Origin: Eledone cirrhosa
Lineage: Eukaryota
Direction: 5' to 3'
Length of the DNA stretch: 64,000 nucleotides
NCBI GenBank assembly: GCA_964016885.1
Contig: OZ024742.1
Location: 311,054,001-311,118,000 of the forward strand
Made by a program: the position numbers and the translations under genes. Below, one piece after another: positions 42,889 through 57,714 of this stretch; position 1 is the stretch's first letter, and every line of letters begins with the position of its first letter. The notes under the pieces are model-generated. The model ran no database searches, was not told the DNA's origin, and saw nothing but the letters and a program-made list of their open reading frames with translations.

Positions 42889-43101
42889 TTAAAAAATATT
42901 GACTTTTCAACAAGAAAAAACTTTTTTTTTTGTTTAACTATTTCGCCTAAAGGCGTAGAATATTTTGAGAGACTGACCAGATCAAAGTTTGACCTGGCAG
43001 TCCCTCTACAAAATGGTACAAAAATTAAAGTTATCAGACAAGAATTTCTATAGAAATTTAAACAGAACTTACTCAGCAAGTTATACGCGTGTGTCCATCC
43101 C

Positions 43102-43137
<36 letters not shown>

Positions 43138-43138
<1 letters not shown>

Positions 43139-43230
43139 TGTTTCTTTTATTTGCCACCAGGGCATCAAAAGTGGGACAAGTACAAAGGGGGGAGTTTACA
43201 CAAAAAGGCGTCCTCAATAAGGAGGAGGCA

Positions 43231-43232
<2 letters not shown>
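43138..43232 (-). mobile_element. About 95 bp 3'-terminal fragment of the same Tx1-like LINE in (GATA)n
   Basis: Nearly identical to 37384-37476; flanked by GATA repeats. Confidence 0.9.
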
Positions 43233-43300
<68 letters not shown>

Positions 43301-43312
43301 TGTCAGAGAGAG

Positions 43313-43369
<57 letters not shown>

Positions 43370-43726
43370 AGACGGCAATGAGAAATTACGAAAACTTATG
43401 AAAGAAGAAAAAGGAAGGCAGGGAAAGAAGAAGATTATAGAAACGGGTATAAAAACAGCAACAGTTAACCGTGGAAAGACAGTCATTTATCAAAAACTGC
43501 AATAACACCTGTTGTAGGAGAATTTAGATGATGGAAGGATGACAGTGAGGAGGTGGCAAGACAGTCTGTTATTGAATGAGGTCTAGATGAGATTACTTTG
43601 CAGGGTAATAAAATGTTAAGAAGTTCATCTTAGATTTAAGATAACCGTGTGTCTTCTCAGTTATCGCTATGTTTATCTACTAATAGAACAGTTGAAACAC
43701 ATAGGAGGATGGCGGCGCGGTTAATA

Positions 43727-43774
<48 letters not shown>

Positions 43775-43787
43775 ACACAAACACATA

Positions 43788-44625
43788 TATATATATAAAA
43801 CTGAGGATGTCTGTCTGTGTGTGTGTGAGTTTGAATCCTTAAAACTTGAGAAGCACCCAACCGACTGTTTTCAAACTTTACACATGTAATACTTATGTTT
43901 CAGGGAGTGTTCTGAGCAAAAACAATTTCAAATTTTCAATGCCCTAGGGACCGCATTAGGCGATTTAGCGATCTCTCTCTATAATTCTTAGTCTTTCTCT
44001 TTTTAGATAGATACATGCATATAACGTCGCGCCCTTATAATATCTGTCTGTATGTCTGACTGTCACCCTTGCTCAAGACAAATCTCACACTCATTCCCCA
44101 AACGTGGAAGGAGAAGCATACATAATACTAATTGCATCAGAGTATTCGGTTTATTTTCTTTACATATAGTCCAGGCATGCAGTTTTCTCACGATTAGGTC
44201 TGTTGGCGATCCGCGTTGTGTTTCAGGGAGTGTTATACACATAAAAAATTCAACTTTTTGATCTCCTAGGGCACGCATTAGGTGAAAAACTGCGTTTTTT
44301 TCAGCTTTTTATGGGTATTTTGAGGAGTTACGTCAGAGCGATTTCCTTGAAATTGTAACTATGTATTAGTCAGTCTCTTCTTCATACCGTGAGCAAAGAA
44401 AATCCAACATGTTTATGGCCTAGGGCCCGCATTAGGTGAAAAACCTCATTTTTTCAGCTTTTTAGGGCTTTTTTTAGGCGTTACGCCTTAGCCGATTTTC
44501 CAGAAAAATCAAGGCATATTATGCACATTAAAAAAAATCATTTTCTTGATGCCCGAGGGCCCGCATCTGTTGGCGGTCCGCGTTCCAAAATACCTTATCC
44601 CGTGCAACGCCGGGTACCACTGGTA

Positions 44626-44626
<1 letters not shown>
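43788..44626 (+). mobile_element. Non-autonomous Helitron-like element
   Basis: Start TATATATAAAA followed by GTCT/GT microsatellite; internal CCTAGGG..CGCATTAGG repeats; 3' hairpin CCCGTGCAACGCCGGG about 10 nt before GTAG|T. Confidence 0.65.
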
Positions 44627-44661
<35 letters not shown>

Positions 44662-44702
44662 ATATGTATATATAAATGTGTATATAAATGTGTATATATA
44701 TA

Positions 44703-44800
<98 letters not shown>

Positions 44801-44835
44801 GTATATATAAATGTGTATATAAATGTGTATATATA

Positions 44836-44925
<90 letters not shown>

Positions 44926-44960
44926 GTATATATAAATGTGTATATAAATGTGTATATATA

Positions 44961-45020
<60 letters not shown>

Positions 45021-45089
45021 TATGAAGAGAGAAGAAACATTTAGATATAATTAGTAATAAAATGTATCATACCTAAACTGTTCCTAAAT

Positions 45090-45177
45090 TCCTCGACTAC
45101 GTAGTTTCGTGGCATAAACAAAAACAATATATCAAAGACATAGAGTCCTTGCGAGGTCTGCCGACTTATCAAGAGGA
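45090..45177 (-). ncRNA. Type I HHR, U3-A8 variant, with a long stem II insert
   Basis: TCCTC-TTGATAA-GTCGGCA..TGCCAC-GAAA-CTACGTAG-TC^GAGGA; palindrome ACTACGTAGT. Confidence 0.88.
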
Positions 45178-45293
45178 TACCTCATTTTACTAGTCTCAAG
45201 AACGCGTCTACACGACGTGAGAAAGAATCCCGGATGCATTCATGTATATATGTGTGTGTCCGCATGTATCTGTGTGTTTCTAAATATTTCTAA

Positions 45294-45371
<78 letters not shown>

Positions 45372-45547
45372 ACAGTTTGGAGCATATCATTTGTTCCCAC
45401 ACTAAGTAGTTTATCTACTAATTAACGAATAGTGTCCACTCTGGGTTACAAATTTGTATTTACAACATGCGATTTTTATAAATTCATTGAATGAGTGAAT
45501 AACGGCAAGGATAGACGGAATATAAACGGATAGCTCGTCATATATAC

Positions 45548-46053
45548 AGGGTGTCCCCAAAAAATGTATACACGTTTTGATTACCTGTAATATTTATTAG
45601 AATGCACACCCTTTCCCAAAAATAAAATGATCTGCAGACGTCATTCAATTGGATGTAAACACCTGAAAATGTTTACATGATTTAAATAATTGTTTCTACT
45701 TTAGGCACAAGGGCTGCAATTACCCCAGTGCATTACTGGTGCTTTATTTTATCCACCCCGTAAGGATGAAAGGCAAAGTTTACCTCGGCGGGATTTGAAC
45801 TCAGAAAGTAAATGGCCATAACTCTATACTACAAAGCATGGTGTCTGACGCTCTACCGATATTGCCAATCCCACGCTCTACATAATTTTAATAATTGTTT
45901 CTACTTTTGGCACAAGGCCATCAATTACCCAGTGCATTACTGGTACTTTATTTTATCGACCCCGTAAGGATGAAAGGCAAATGCATATAAAACAGAATTT
46001 ATTTCAATGCATTTTTTAAAGATTTTGTTGTTTATATATTTTTGGGACACCCA
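45548..46053. mobile_element. Tc1/mariner-type MITE with nested family-A SINEs (45690-45980, minus strand)
   Basis: TA|CAGGGTGTCCCCAAAAAAT ... ATATTTTTGGGACACCCAT|A. Confidence 0.7.
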
Positions 46054-46124
46054 TATATATGTATGTATGTATATATATTAAGCCTTATAAAAACATAGTG
46101 GCTATATACATATTCTGTCTCCCT

Positions 46125-46870
46125 TTTTTTAAATTCTATTGTTTTCTGCAAAATATTTGGTATGTGGTTTCCTATGATATTGGCGAAAGTGTTTAGAGTG
46201 GCACCGCAACGACTGGCTGCACCAGTTCCGAGCACACGATTGATTGATTGACGATATTGGCAGTGTGCAACCGCTCTGTGGTCTTATATTTCTTGCTTCA
46301 GTTCTCTCATTGAGCGATCATAGAGTCGCGTGATCATTATATATTATATATCGATCTATTTTGATATTCATGCTCCTAGCTTTGGTCGAGCAGTTTTGTG
46401 TGTGTTTGTGAGCTATTTCTAGCGTTACAACTTACCATAGTCGTCTGATCGAACGTTGTGATATTATTTTTATTCCTTACGAGGTCGATAAAATAAAGTA
46501 CCAGTAATGCACTGGGATAATTGCCTTGTGCCAAAAGTAGAAATAATTATTTTTATTCGACACGTAGCCTCATCAATGGTTGTCCTCTCGTTCTTTGGGA
46601 ACTAATATTTTTCTGGAATTACAAAATGTTGATAATTTATGCTGCATGAAATAGTACCATAAATGTCGTGTAAACAACTTAGTAGCAACGTAAATATAAT
46701 ACTTATTTTGTCTTATATTGTTCTCTGCAAAATATTAGATATGTGCTTTCCTATAATATCAACAATGTGCAACCGCCCTCAGGTCTTGAATTTTTAGCTT
46801 CAATTCTCTCAATGAGCGATCATAGAGTCACATGATCGTCATATATTATATATCGATCTTATATATTTCA
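46125..46870. repeat. Diverged direct repeat
   Basis: About 46136-46360 resembles about 46715-46860. Confidence 0.6.
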
Positions 46871-47292
46871 TAATCTCACACTGTGTAGTTTAAATCCGTA
46901 TGTCATTATGTTTTATCCGAACCTACCTGATTAAATGCGGATATAAAATACACAATGCGAAATGGTGGATTTCGAAATATGTTATAATTCGCTTTCGTGG
47001 GTGATTGCATTGAAACACGTGCTAGAGAACCTATTTTGTAATTAATATTTCTTCTAATTTCAACAAATCTTGCCTAGTTTTTCCTACAATCCTCTTCATA
47101 TTAAATTACTCCGTGGAACCTATGTACTATACTCGATGACGTATCTCGTATCACCAACATATCGATGTTGCACAACTCCACCAGCCACGTTGAGCACAAT
47201 TAATCGGCAAGGTGCCTCTTCCATTTTTTGTTACGCAAATCCACTTTTACACAAACGCGAATTAGCCAACATAAAACGGATACTTCTATTGC

Positions 47293-47422
<130 letters not shown>

Positions 47423-47754
47423 GTGGATTTGCGTAACAAAAAATAGAATATATATATTGAGTGCCTGTGGTGTGAAGACCGGGAAGACCACAAAACAGAG
47501 TAGTAACCAATGCATGATGGGATGCAGATTGGATATAAGGTGGAAATTTGGCTACGAGTTCAGGCAGTTTTAGCTTAACCGTATCAAGCTACTTTAGGAA
47601 TATTCAGTATTCCTGAAGAAGCTTGGCGAGGTTAAAATCTGCCAGTCTCCTTCTCAACAAGGAAGATGAAAAAAATTTACCTCAACACTTAATTTTAAAT
47701 CTTTAATGTTTAGTTTTTAATTCTTATTAATTCTTTTTAATTGTAATACTCAAC

Positions 47755-47796
47755 ATTTGATAAGATGAATTTTACTAATACATCGAAACCGGTAAT
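47755..47796 (+). ncRNA. Minimal HHR, U3-A8 variant, weak stem I
   Basis: AT-TTGATAA-GATG..CATC-GAAA-CCGG-TA^AT; palindrome ACCGGT. Confidence 0.6.
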
Positions 47797-47944
47797 ACTT
47801 TATATACATTATATACATTGTAAAACTCTCTTTTAAAAGAATTGTCCCTCTCATTTTTTCAATAATGTCACTTTAACGAATCAAACAAAGGAAAAAAAAG
47901 AAAAACAGACCCTTAAATATATTGTCAATGCTATTTCCAATTTT

Positions 47945-48083
<139 letters not shown>

Positions 48084-48176
48084 CCAGGGGGTGTAACTAG
48101 GAGTTACTGCAGGTTCACCCGGGAGAGCACTCGATGTTTAGGTTCACTTCTGTGATGAGGTGTAGAGCTATACAGA

Positions 48177-48233
<57 letters not shown>

Positions 48234-48241
48234 GTTTATAT

Positions 48242-48278
<37 letters not shown>

Positions 48279-48333
48279 CCACGCGCATATGTGTGCAAGT
48301 GCATGTGTGTGCACGCGCATGTGTGTGCACGCG

Positions 48334-48373
<40 letters not shown>

Positions 48374-48624
48374 GAAAAGCAGAGAGGAAGAAAGTGGGGA
48401 GAAGTTTATGGAACCTTATTCAATGTTTATGTATAATAAACATAGATATAGTCTTGCATTAGGTTATCTTTAAGCTATGATAATGAAAATTACATATGTA
48501 TTTCAAGAATTTCATCGTTCCTTGTACGCCTCCTCAATATTCTTATACCCTTATATTGAAAAAGGGTCTAGATCCCATCAAACCCTGTACAGCTCCTCTA
48601 TATTATTATACCTTTACGGCGGTT

Positions 48625-48812
48625 GGTTGGCAGTATCGGTAGAAGGTCGGACGCCATGCTTTACAGCACAGAGTTACGGCGGCCTTTTACTGTCTGAGTT
48701 CAAATCCCGCCGAGGTTCACTTTGCCTTTCATCCTTACAGGGTCGATAAAATAAAGTACCAGTAATACACTGAGATAATTGCTGGCCTTGTGCCAAAAGT
48801 AGAAACAATTAT
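48625..48812 (+). mobile_element. Family-A SINE
   Basis: Full A/B boxes and body. Confidence 0.85.
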
Positions 48813-48842
48813 TATACCTTTATGTTGCAAAAGGATCTAGAT

Positions 48843-49573
48843 CAGAGGTTCTGAAACTTTTTCCTCCACCATCACCCACCACCACCCTCACGGCCATGTA
48901 ATACCTTCAGCGCCCCCACCCCTATTTCCAGAGAAACCTACCTACACGCAAATTGTCAATAATATATAATAAACAAAATCGTTAATTTATATATGATAAA
49001 TATGATAATATGTGTAAATAAATATTATATATGAATGTATATATAGTGTATTTGGTAATACACTCTATGCTTAATTAAAAGCATTTTGAAGACCTTACGC
49101 TATTGTTTTAAAGTAGTGACTATGTCACTTACTTCTTTTTTCAACAAACAAAGGGAGATAAGCTGACAGATCTGTTTCATACAGATGGTATGCCACAGAG
49201 CTTAGCACTCACCTTGTTTGTTGAAAAATTATGAATGCTGGATTCTTATAGAATTCCAGTAATAATCAGTCACTAATTTAAAACAATAGCGTAAGGTCTT
49301 CAAAATGCTTTTAATTAAGCATACAGTATATTACCAAATACACTATATATACATTCATATACACATCGCTATTTCAGAGACCAATTCTAATTTTCAAATA
49401 TTATATATTTTTATTTTACTATATTTATATATAATATGTATCATTTGATATTCAATATAGTATTATATCATCTCTACCGCACCCCCCACTGCCTCCTTAG
49501 CCACCACCGTTCCGGACCTTCTCAATGCCCCCCACCCACCCGGGGATAGTAGCGCCCACTTTGAGAATTTCTG
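48843..49573. mobile_element. hAT MITE with a nested PLE-type fold-back (about 49028-49400)
   Basis: TIRs as at 35399; TSD ATCTAGAT/GTCTAGAT; 49028-49120 is inverted at 49267-49361; insert is of the same family as 53870-54180. Confidence 0.8.
49160..49203 (-). ncRNA. HHR-like motif with a divergent CUGUGGC core
   Basis: AAGCT-CTGTGGC-ATAC-CATCT-GTAT-GAAA-CAGATCTG-TC^AGCTT; same position in the family as the intact HHR at 54005. Confidence 0.55.
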
Positions 49574-50171
49574 GTCTAGATCGTATCTTACACATTACAC
49601 CTCCTTTATATCATTATAGCTATATGCTGCAGAAGGGTCTAGATTCCATCTTTTCCTTATATATATCCTTTATATTGAATAAGGGTCCATATCCCATCTT
49701 ACCCTTTACACCCTCTCAATATCCTTCTACCTGTATGTTGAAGAAGGATTTAATCTTTCTGAAAATTTGGTAAATATTTTACAAGCTGTAACGTGATTAT
49801 AACTATGTAGCGTTTACATTACTCTATATATACTATTGTATTTTCGCGGTAAATGCATTACCTCACCTAATTATCTCACATAATACCGAATCTACGAGAT
49901 TTTTATACTTATTTTGAGAACAGTGCCTTAACATCGGTATGAGTGATCGGTTACGACCAGTTTGAACAGAAAGAGGTGAGCGAATTCTGGCCAAATACAG
50001 CCGGTTTAAATGCTAAGGGGATAAGGCGGCTAACTAGCAGAGTCGTTAAAGTATCGAGTTAAAGATGCCTTAGTATATGTTTCGGATCACTGCACTCTGA
50101 GTTCAAATCCCGCCGAGGTCAACTTTGCTTTCATCCTTTTGAGATCCATAAATAAAGTCATAAAGTACCGA

Positions 50172-50205
<34 letters not shown>

Positions 50206-50482
50206 CATATTTCTTTGGTTCTCCGGAAGAAATCGACTGAGTTCCAGCCTGGTGGAGGTTAGGTTCCGCCAGGTTTAAAGTGCCCAAGACAATGTCGTGT
50301 GTCAGGACGGCGCCCCTACCACTCTATTAAGAGTTAAAAGATATTTTCATTTATTAGCGTGATTATTGTTTTTATCATACTGAAATTGTTTTTTGCAGTG
50401 TGGCAAGCTAAACGGACGGGTTTTGTTATGTACTTATATGGATACGTCATACATACATGCATACACACCCCAAACACACACA

Positions 50483-50519
<37 letters not shown>

Positions 50520-50521
<2 letters not shown>

Positions 50522-50700
50522 GTTTCTGCTTTTGGCACAAGGCCAGCAATTACACAGTGTATTACTGGTACTTTATTTTATCGACCCCATAAGGATGAAA
50601 GGCAAAGTTAACCTCGGCGGGATTTGAACTCAGAATGGCAAGGGCCGTAACTCTATGCGTCAAAGCATGGCGTCCGACCCTCTACCGATACTGCCAATTC
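50520..50700 (-). mobile_element. Family-A SINE (further diverged copies at 31430, 36820, 50030, 51655, 61980)
   Basis: Same consensus. Confidence 0.85.
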
Positions 50701-51066
50701 ACCATATATATAATGAATCAAAACATATCAAATACGTTATATATTCTTCTATGGAATATCTGTTTGGTATATATAATACAATATACTGTTTCTTATACGA
50801 TATATGGCTCTTTCTCTCTATCTATATACATATATTTTTTTCATATCATATATATATATATATATTTATATGTGTGTGTGTGTATGTATATATGCATGTG
50901 TGTATGTATGTATATACATTTATGTGTGTATGCATGTATATATGCATGTATGTATGTATGTATGTATATACATACATATGTATATGTATATGTAGATATA
51001 CATACATATATATATAAGCACATTACACACATATATATATAATATATTATATACTATATATATATA

Positions 51067-51157
<91 letters not shown>

Positions 51158-52226
51158 CTTCACATCATCACCCTTCTAATCTTTGTTGCAAAACAGTGTA
51201 TCTTGTTTGAAGTAAGTAAGTAAGTGACAACATAGTCGCCTCATTGATCCAGGTGACCCCACCCAGCACCTGCTCTGTGAATATGAGACGGGACAACACC
51301 CTAATACTTCCGTTCCATAACTTCTATCTTTCATATACTACCATCAACAGTTGCACAAACTTTCTCTTTGAAATTTCGTCTCTAGGTTTCTCTAACGTCG
51401 TAGCTTTGACATAAATGTACCCCCTTTTCTATCTCTCTATCAAATTCTGTACCGCACTATACTGGATGTAAGTATGTATGGTCCCATAACACCTGATGAA
51501 GTCGTGGTGGCGCCGTATTGACATACGGCGTTTCTTGGGCATTTTAAGCCTGGCGGAGCCCATCCCTCTCCAGTCCTGAGTACAGCAGATTTCTTCCAAA
51601 GAAAGATGGAAAGTGAGAGAGAGGAAATGAGAAAGAGATATTGAGGAAGAATCGATCCCAGTACTAGACTGGTACTTTTTTATCGACCTCGGCGGGATTT
51701 GAACTCCGAGAGCACAGAGCAGGAACGAATATCGCAAAGCATTCTATCCGACATTCTGACGACTCTCCCAATTCGCTGCCTATACTATACTGGATACTTG
51801 CTGAAACATTTATATTGGAGATAATATCGACGACTGCGATGGATATCCGTCGGCTCTGACGATGAGTGTTCCAGTTATTCTATCAACGTAACAGTCTGCT
51901 CGTTAAATTATCGCGTAAGTAGCTGGGCAGTTCACATGTAATTCTCAGGTCCAGCTCAAAACGAGCATTTTGAAGCCCTATGTATGTATGTTCACCTGGT
52001 TTATAATTTTATAAATTTTCTCCAATAGAGAGAGAGTCGGTTCCTAACATAGACACAAGACTCTTTCATTTGAATTTAAACAACATTAACTAGGTAAATA
52101 TGTCTGCATGAGTGCGTGTGTGTGCAGGTATGAATGTTATTGTATGTGTGGATGTGGATGTTTGGAGTTATATGTTTTGTATCTGTACATGTATACATGC
52201 AGTTATTTATGTATGTATGTATGTGA

Positions 52227-52520
52227 AGGCGCGTGGCTTTGTAGTTAGGGTATATGGCCCACGATCGTAAGTTCATGATTTCGACTCCCGGTGGCGCGTT
52301 GTGTCCTTGAGCAAGGCACCTTATTTCACGTTGCTCCAGTCCAATCAGCTGACAAAAATGTGTTGTATCTGTAATTCAAAGGACCAACCTTGTCACATTC
52401 TGTGTACCGCCAAATCTCCCTGAGAACTACGTTATGGGAACACGAGTCTAAGCAGGCTGTTCCGTTGATCGAATCAACTGGAACACACATTCACTCATCG
52501 TCGTAGCTGACGGAATGCCT
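52227..52520 (+). mobile_element. tRNA-derived SINE family B
   Basis: tRNA-like head followed by GTTGTGTCCTTGAGCAAGGCAC..TTGCTCCAGTC; relatives at about 56110, 58400(-), 59610 and 63735. Confidence 0.75.
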
Positions 52521-53261
52521 CATTGCATGCATGTACACCTAAGTCAGAGATATAACCCTTTGAGGTGGGAAAAGGTGGATAACCGTCGATTATCCACTTG
52601 TTTTTTGCCGCAAGAGGTGGTACCCCTGAATTATTCACATCGCTGCCATTTTATAGTGGCAAAAACACACTTTGAAATAGCCCCCATACACACATACAAA
52701 CAAATGTATATATATATTCAGTGTGGTCTACCTCTGGTGGTAGGGTCCGTACCGTAGATAGAACTCAATCTAATCTGATGGCATGGCAAGTAATCCATCA
52801 AATCCATATATGAGGTATGATAGTATACAGTTATATAACTGCTATAGATCAGACATATGTCAATATGATCAAGCCTCCGAAACGATCGTAAAACAATAAT
52901 ATGAATAGGTAAAGTAACTTGACTTTGTTGCTTTTATTTTCGTTGTTAATTTAATACCTAATATATATATATATTCATATATTATGAAATAGTCTTTAAG
53001 ACTATACAGAGCATTTGATGTTTTTCCAAATTGAAGGATAAGTATTTAGACTTTATCTTATCATGAGTTAAGGGTCTATTGATTTTTCCCTGGATTTCAC
53101 TAAATTCTGTGGATGAATTTATATCCTGATTCTTTTTTGGGATAGGTTTGAGTTATTTTTCCTACATCTTACGTTAACTATTTTTCCCATCTTGACGACA
53201 TAGTCGCATATATGTTATGAAATACTGTTAGCTTCTCGCTAAAACAATTTCTATACCTTTC

Positions 53262-53311
<50 letters not shown>

Positions 53312-53370
53312 TGATTATATATATATCAAAATGAAAATCTGAAGGCAAGGTAAAATTCCAATCATTTTAA

Positions 53371-53444
53371 TCACGACACATGTTTCAATAAGAGATAGAT
53401 CGATCGTAAAGCCATGATCAATTATCACTGATCTCATCAGGTGA
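53371..53444 (-). ncRNA. Type I hammerhead ribozyme
   Basis: TCAC-CTGATGA-GAT..GATAATTGATC/GATCGATCTATC..ATT-GAAA-CATGTG-TC^GTGA. Confidence 0.82.
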
Positions 53445-53652
53445 AAAAGAATTGTCTTGAAATTCTTGATATGAGGGAGAAAATTAGCAATGTTCACTCA
53501 CAGAGTTTATTCCCTCATATGAAGATCCAGTACTCAGAAATACGGCGACTGCTATCAGCTTCAGTTAGGGTCATAAAACTGTCAAATCTCCGTAGCCCGC
53601 AAAGGACGCTGGACATTAATCAGATCTGTAGAAATACAATATATATATACAC

Positions 53653-53683
<31 letters not shown>

Positions 53684-53726
53684 ATCAAGATATATATATA
53701 TATATATATGTGTGTGTATATATATG

Positions 53727-53838
<112 letters not shown>

Positions 53839-53988
53839 TATATATATATATATACTATATATATATATTGCTATTTCAGAGCTCCAATTCTAATTTTTAA
53901 TTTCTGCCTGACCAACAATCGCTCTGTATAATCAGCTCCTGATTATTTACTAGAATTCTATAAGAATATAACATCAGTAATCTCAGTA

Positions 53989-54063
53989 GACAGGAGGGGT
54001 AGTTAGCCTTGATAAGCTTCAACAAAAGCGAAACAAGGCCCTTGTCGGCTTATCTCCCCTGTT
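53989..54063 (+). ncRNA. Type I HHR, U3-A8 variant, with an extended bulged stem I
   Basis: CAGGAGGGG..AGCC-TTGATAA-GCTT-CAACAA-AAGC-GAAACAAG-GCC-CTTGTC^GGCT..CTCCCCTG; predicted cleavage after 54046. Confidence 0.92.
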
Positions 54064-54202
54064 TGCTGAAATTAAAGTAAGTGAATTTGTCACTACTCTA
54101 AAACAATAGCATACGGTCTTCAAAATGCTTTTAATTAAGCATAAAGTGTATTGCAAAATACATTATATATACATCCATATATATATACATATATATGTAT
54201 AT

Positions 54203-54304
<102 letters not shown>

Positions 54305-54360
54305 TATATATATATGTATATATATATATATGTATGTATATATATGTGTGTGTGTGTGTA

Positions 54361-54433
<73 letters not shown>

Positions 54434-55003
54434 GCGCGAGCATATATCAATTTTAATGTCAGTGATTCGCTCCAGTTCTGATTCTCCGTTGATACAAATG
54501 CAAAAGCCGGTTAAAGTCTTCCTTCAATAGATATTAAATCTTATAAACGAAAGAAGGCTTCAACTTTCTGTTTGAAATGCGTCGTTCACGTTAACATTAC
54601 TCTTATCATGGTGTAAGATCTATATGAATTAGTTCACTAACGATGTCATGGAACTGGAGCGCTTTCACTAGAACAACGCTGGCATGACTCTCCTGTAGTT
54701 TTTATTTATTTATTTATCTCTCTCCTACCTTTCCCTTGTATCTTGTATTCAGGGTAACAAGTGTGCTAGAGATATACGAGCTATGCGATTCTCACGATTA
54801 CTAATATAATATAACCAACTGGAGTGGTTAGTTTGTTCAGAAATTCTTCTTCTTCTTCTTCTTCTTCTTCTTCTTCTTCTTCTTCTTCACCCCGCTTTCT
54901 CGTGTTTCCTGCGGTTTATTGCTTTCTTCATTAATACGTAGTGAAGCTGATCCCATTTAGATATGCATGCTTGCATGCTTTCGTGCATGTGTAGCATTGG
55001 GGC

Positions 55004-55035
<32 letters not shown>

Positions 55036-55132
55036 TCTCGTTGTTAAAGAACGTATTTAGACACACACATACATACATACATACATACATACATACATAC
55101 ATACATACATACATACATACATACATACAGAC

Positions 55133-55204
<72 letters not shown>

Positions 55205-55820
55205 GTATATATGAAAGAGTCGGGACTCGACAGCTGAGTACTTGCCGTTTCAACAGCTAGCCCCGAACTGGCTGTTTAAACCACAACAGCTCAGCCGTCG
55301 GGGTCCTGACTCTTTCATATTACAAAACTCTACTACCCCAAGTATAGAGTAATCTGGTGAGTATTGGTCTAACAGTATTTTACTGAATATATATATATAT
55401 ATATTGTTATACTTAGAGAGGGTCATATTGTTGTAATAATATTGCCAGAAATAATAACAGAACACACTCACTGTTTGGTTTGAGTTGGTTTTCGCTTCTG
55501 TATCTTTTATATCTCCATAGTTAATTTATTTGGCAATCAATGTTTATCATTAAGTGACTAGTGGTTAAAAATACAAATATAAATATATATCATATATAGA
55601 GTTATAAACTCAAATAGTCTTTTACAATTAAATAACTCAAAGAAAGGAATATTTCCGAGCCGTGTAATACAAATGAATATATGATAGGGATAAACACTGA
55701 TACAAGTATACATGTGTTTGCATTGCAAATGACCAGGTTAGCTAGATTGAAAAATACTAATTAAAATAATACGGTTTGCCTGTCTCGATTTAAAATAATA
55801 AATCAATAAAAACAAACCTC

Positions 55821-55864
55821 TATCAAAGTTCTTTCGTCGCAGATCTGCGACATCATCAGTGGTA
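55821..55864 (-). ncRNA. Minimal HHR in PLE-type island 55402-55955
   Basis: TACCA-CTGATGA-TGTCGCAGATCTGCGAC-GAAA-GAAC-TT^TGATA. Confidence 0.75.
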
Positions 55865-56019
55865 CTATTATGTTTCCTCCCATTGTATTGTAAAGTTTAC
55901 GCCATTTTTCTAGCAATATTATAACAATATGACCCTCCCCAAGTATAACAATATTTGTTTCGACACACGATTTCATATCAAAAACATTGCAAACAAAAAA
56001 AAAAAAATATATATATATA

Positions 56020-56101
<82 letters not shown>

Positions 56102-56429
56102 ATCTCAAAGGCGCATAGCTTAGTGGTTAGGGTGTTCGGCTCACGGTTGTAACGTCGTGAGTTCGATTTCCAGCGGCGTGTTTATTCAACTGGCAATAAT
56201 GTAATTCAATTGGCCAGCCTGAGAACTATGTTAAGAGTATACGTATCTGCCAGTGGAATACTCGACCACTTGCAAGTTAATTTCACGAGCAGGCAGTTTT
56301 ATTGGTCAAATAATTGGAACATTGTATATATGGTATCGGTCAGATCGTCGCGCCATTTTGCCTTTGGCGGCCCTCTTCTGCTTTGGTGTCCACTCACTCT
56401 CTCTCTCTCTATCCCTCTCTCTCTCACTG

Positions 56430-56511
<82 letters not shown>

Positions 56512-56517
56512 TGTATA

Positions 56518-56616
<99 letters not shown>

Positions 56617-56764
56617 ATGCTTTGGGAGGGTCATGTTGCCAATAAGAAACACACGCACCAGTTGCTTTCACTTCAATTTATTATAAATTAAATTTATAAA
56701 TTTAGGAATTTATAAATTTCCGGTTGGTTGGCTGGTTCCACAACCAGACGATTGTTCATATATT

Positions 56765-56807
56765 GTCAAAGTTCTTTCGTCACACATTCTGTGACCTCTT
56801 CAGTGAC
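56765..56807 (-). ncRNA. Minimal HHR in PLE-type island 56612-57072
   Basis: GTCA-CTGAAGA-GGTCACA-GAATG-TGTGAC-GAAA-GAAC-TT^TGAC. Confidence 0.85.
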
Positions 56808-57076
56808 TGGGGATTCTTTTCTTTGTTTTTGTGCCTCTCCTTTGTTCTGTCCTACGCCATCTTGTTTTTGTGTGTGTTGTATGCTTAGTTTGCCATGTGT
56901 TACATCCGGGTGTCTGTGTGTGTTTATATTTGTTTATTTACATGTTACTGGTTGGTTGTTTGTTCTATGTGTGTGTTTTAATTTTGTCCTTAATTGTAAG
57001 TTGTGATGTTGCTGTTCCATTCATGTTTCCTATTTAATTTTGGTTGGAGTTCATTTATGTTTATTGCCTCATGATA

Positions 57077-57150
<74 letters not shown>

Positions 57151-57151
57151 A

Positions 57152-57210
<59 letters not shown>

Positions 57211-57255
57211 GATATATATATATATATATTATATTATATATATATAGATATATAT

Positions 57256-57383
<128 letters not shown>

Positions 57384-57683
57384 TAAACGGAATAGAAAAT
57401 GCTGACAAATTGTTCAAATTTTGAGATAGAGTGTCCGTGCTGTTTGCTCTGATCAGAGCAAACAGCACGGACACTCTATCTCAAAATTATTTTTGAAAAG
57501 CATTTAGAAATGCGCAACCGGTAAAAACTTAAAAACTTAAAACCACAACTGAATACTAACCCATACAATCACTAATACTCTTTTATTCCTAATTAAACCA
57601 TTTTTCAACTGTGAACAATTTGTCAGCATTTTCTATTCCGTTTACCAATATATAATAACTTGTGTGTTACACCTCTATTCTTT

Positions 57684-57714
<31 letters not shown>

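Larger units (their letters stand above)
37382..43101 (-). mobile_element. Full-length Tx1-like L1-clade LINE (about 5.7 kb) embedded in (GATA)n
   Basis: 5' UTR, ORF1, intact ORF2 and a 3' UTR with AATAAA; GATA repeats on both sides. Confidence 0.95.

Noticed and set aside
47606-47799. Alternative giant HHR using CTGAAGA at 47613
   Set aside because: No stem II pairing next to the core; TTGATAA at 47757 fits better.
48145-48180. GTGATGA plus hairpin GTGTAG/CTATAC
   Set aside because: No GAAA; truncated by (TA)n.
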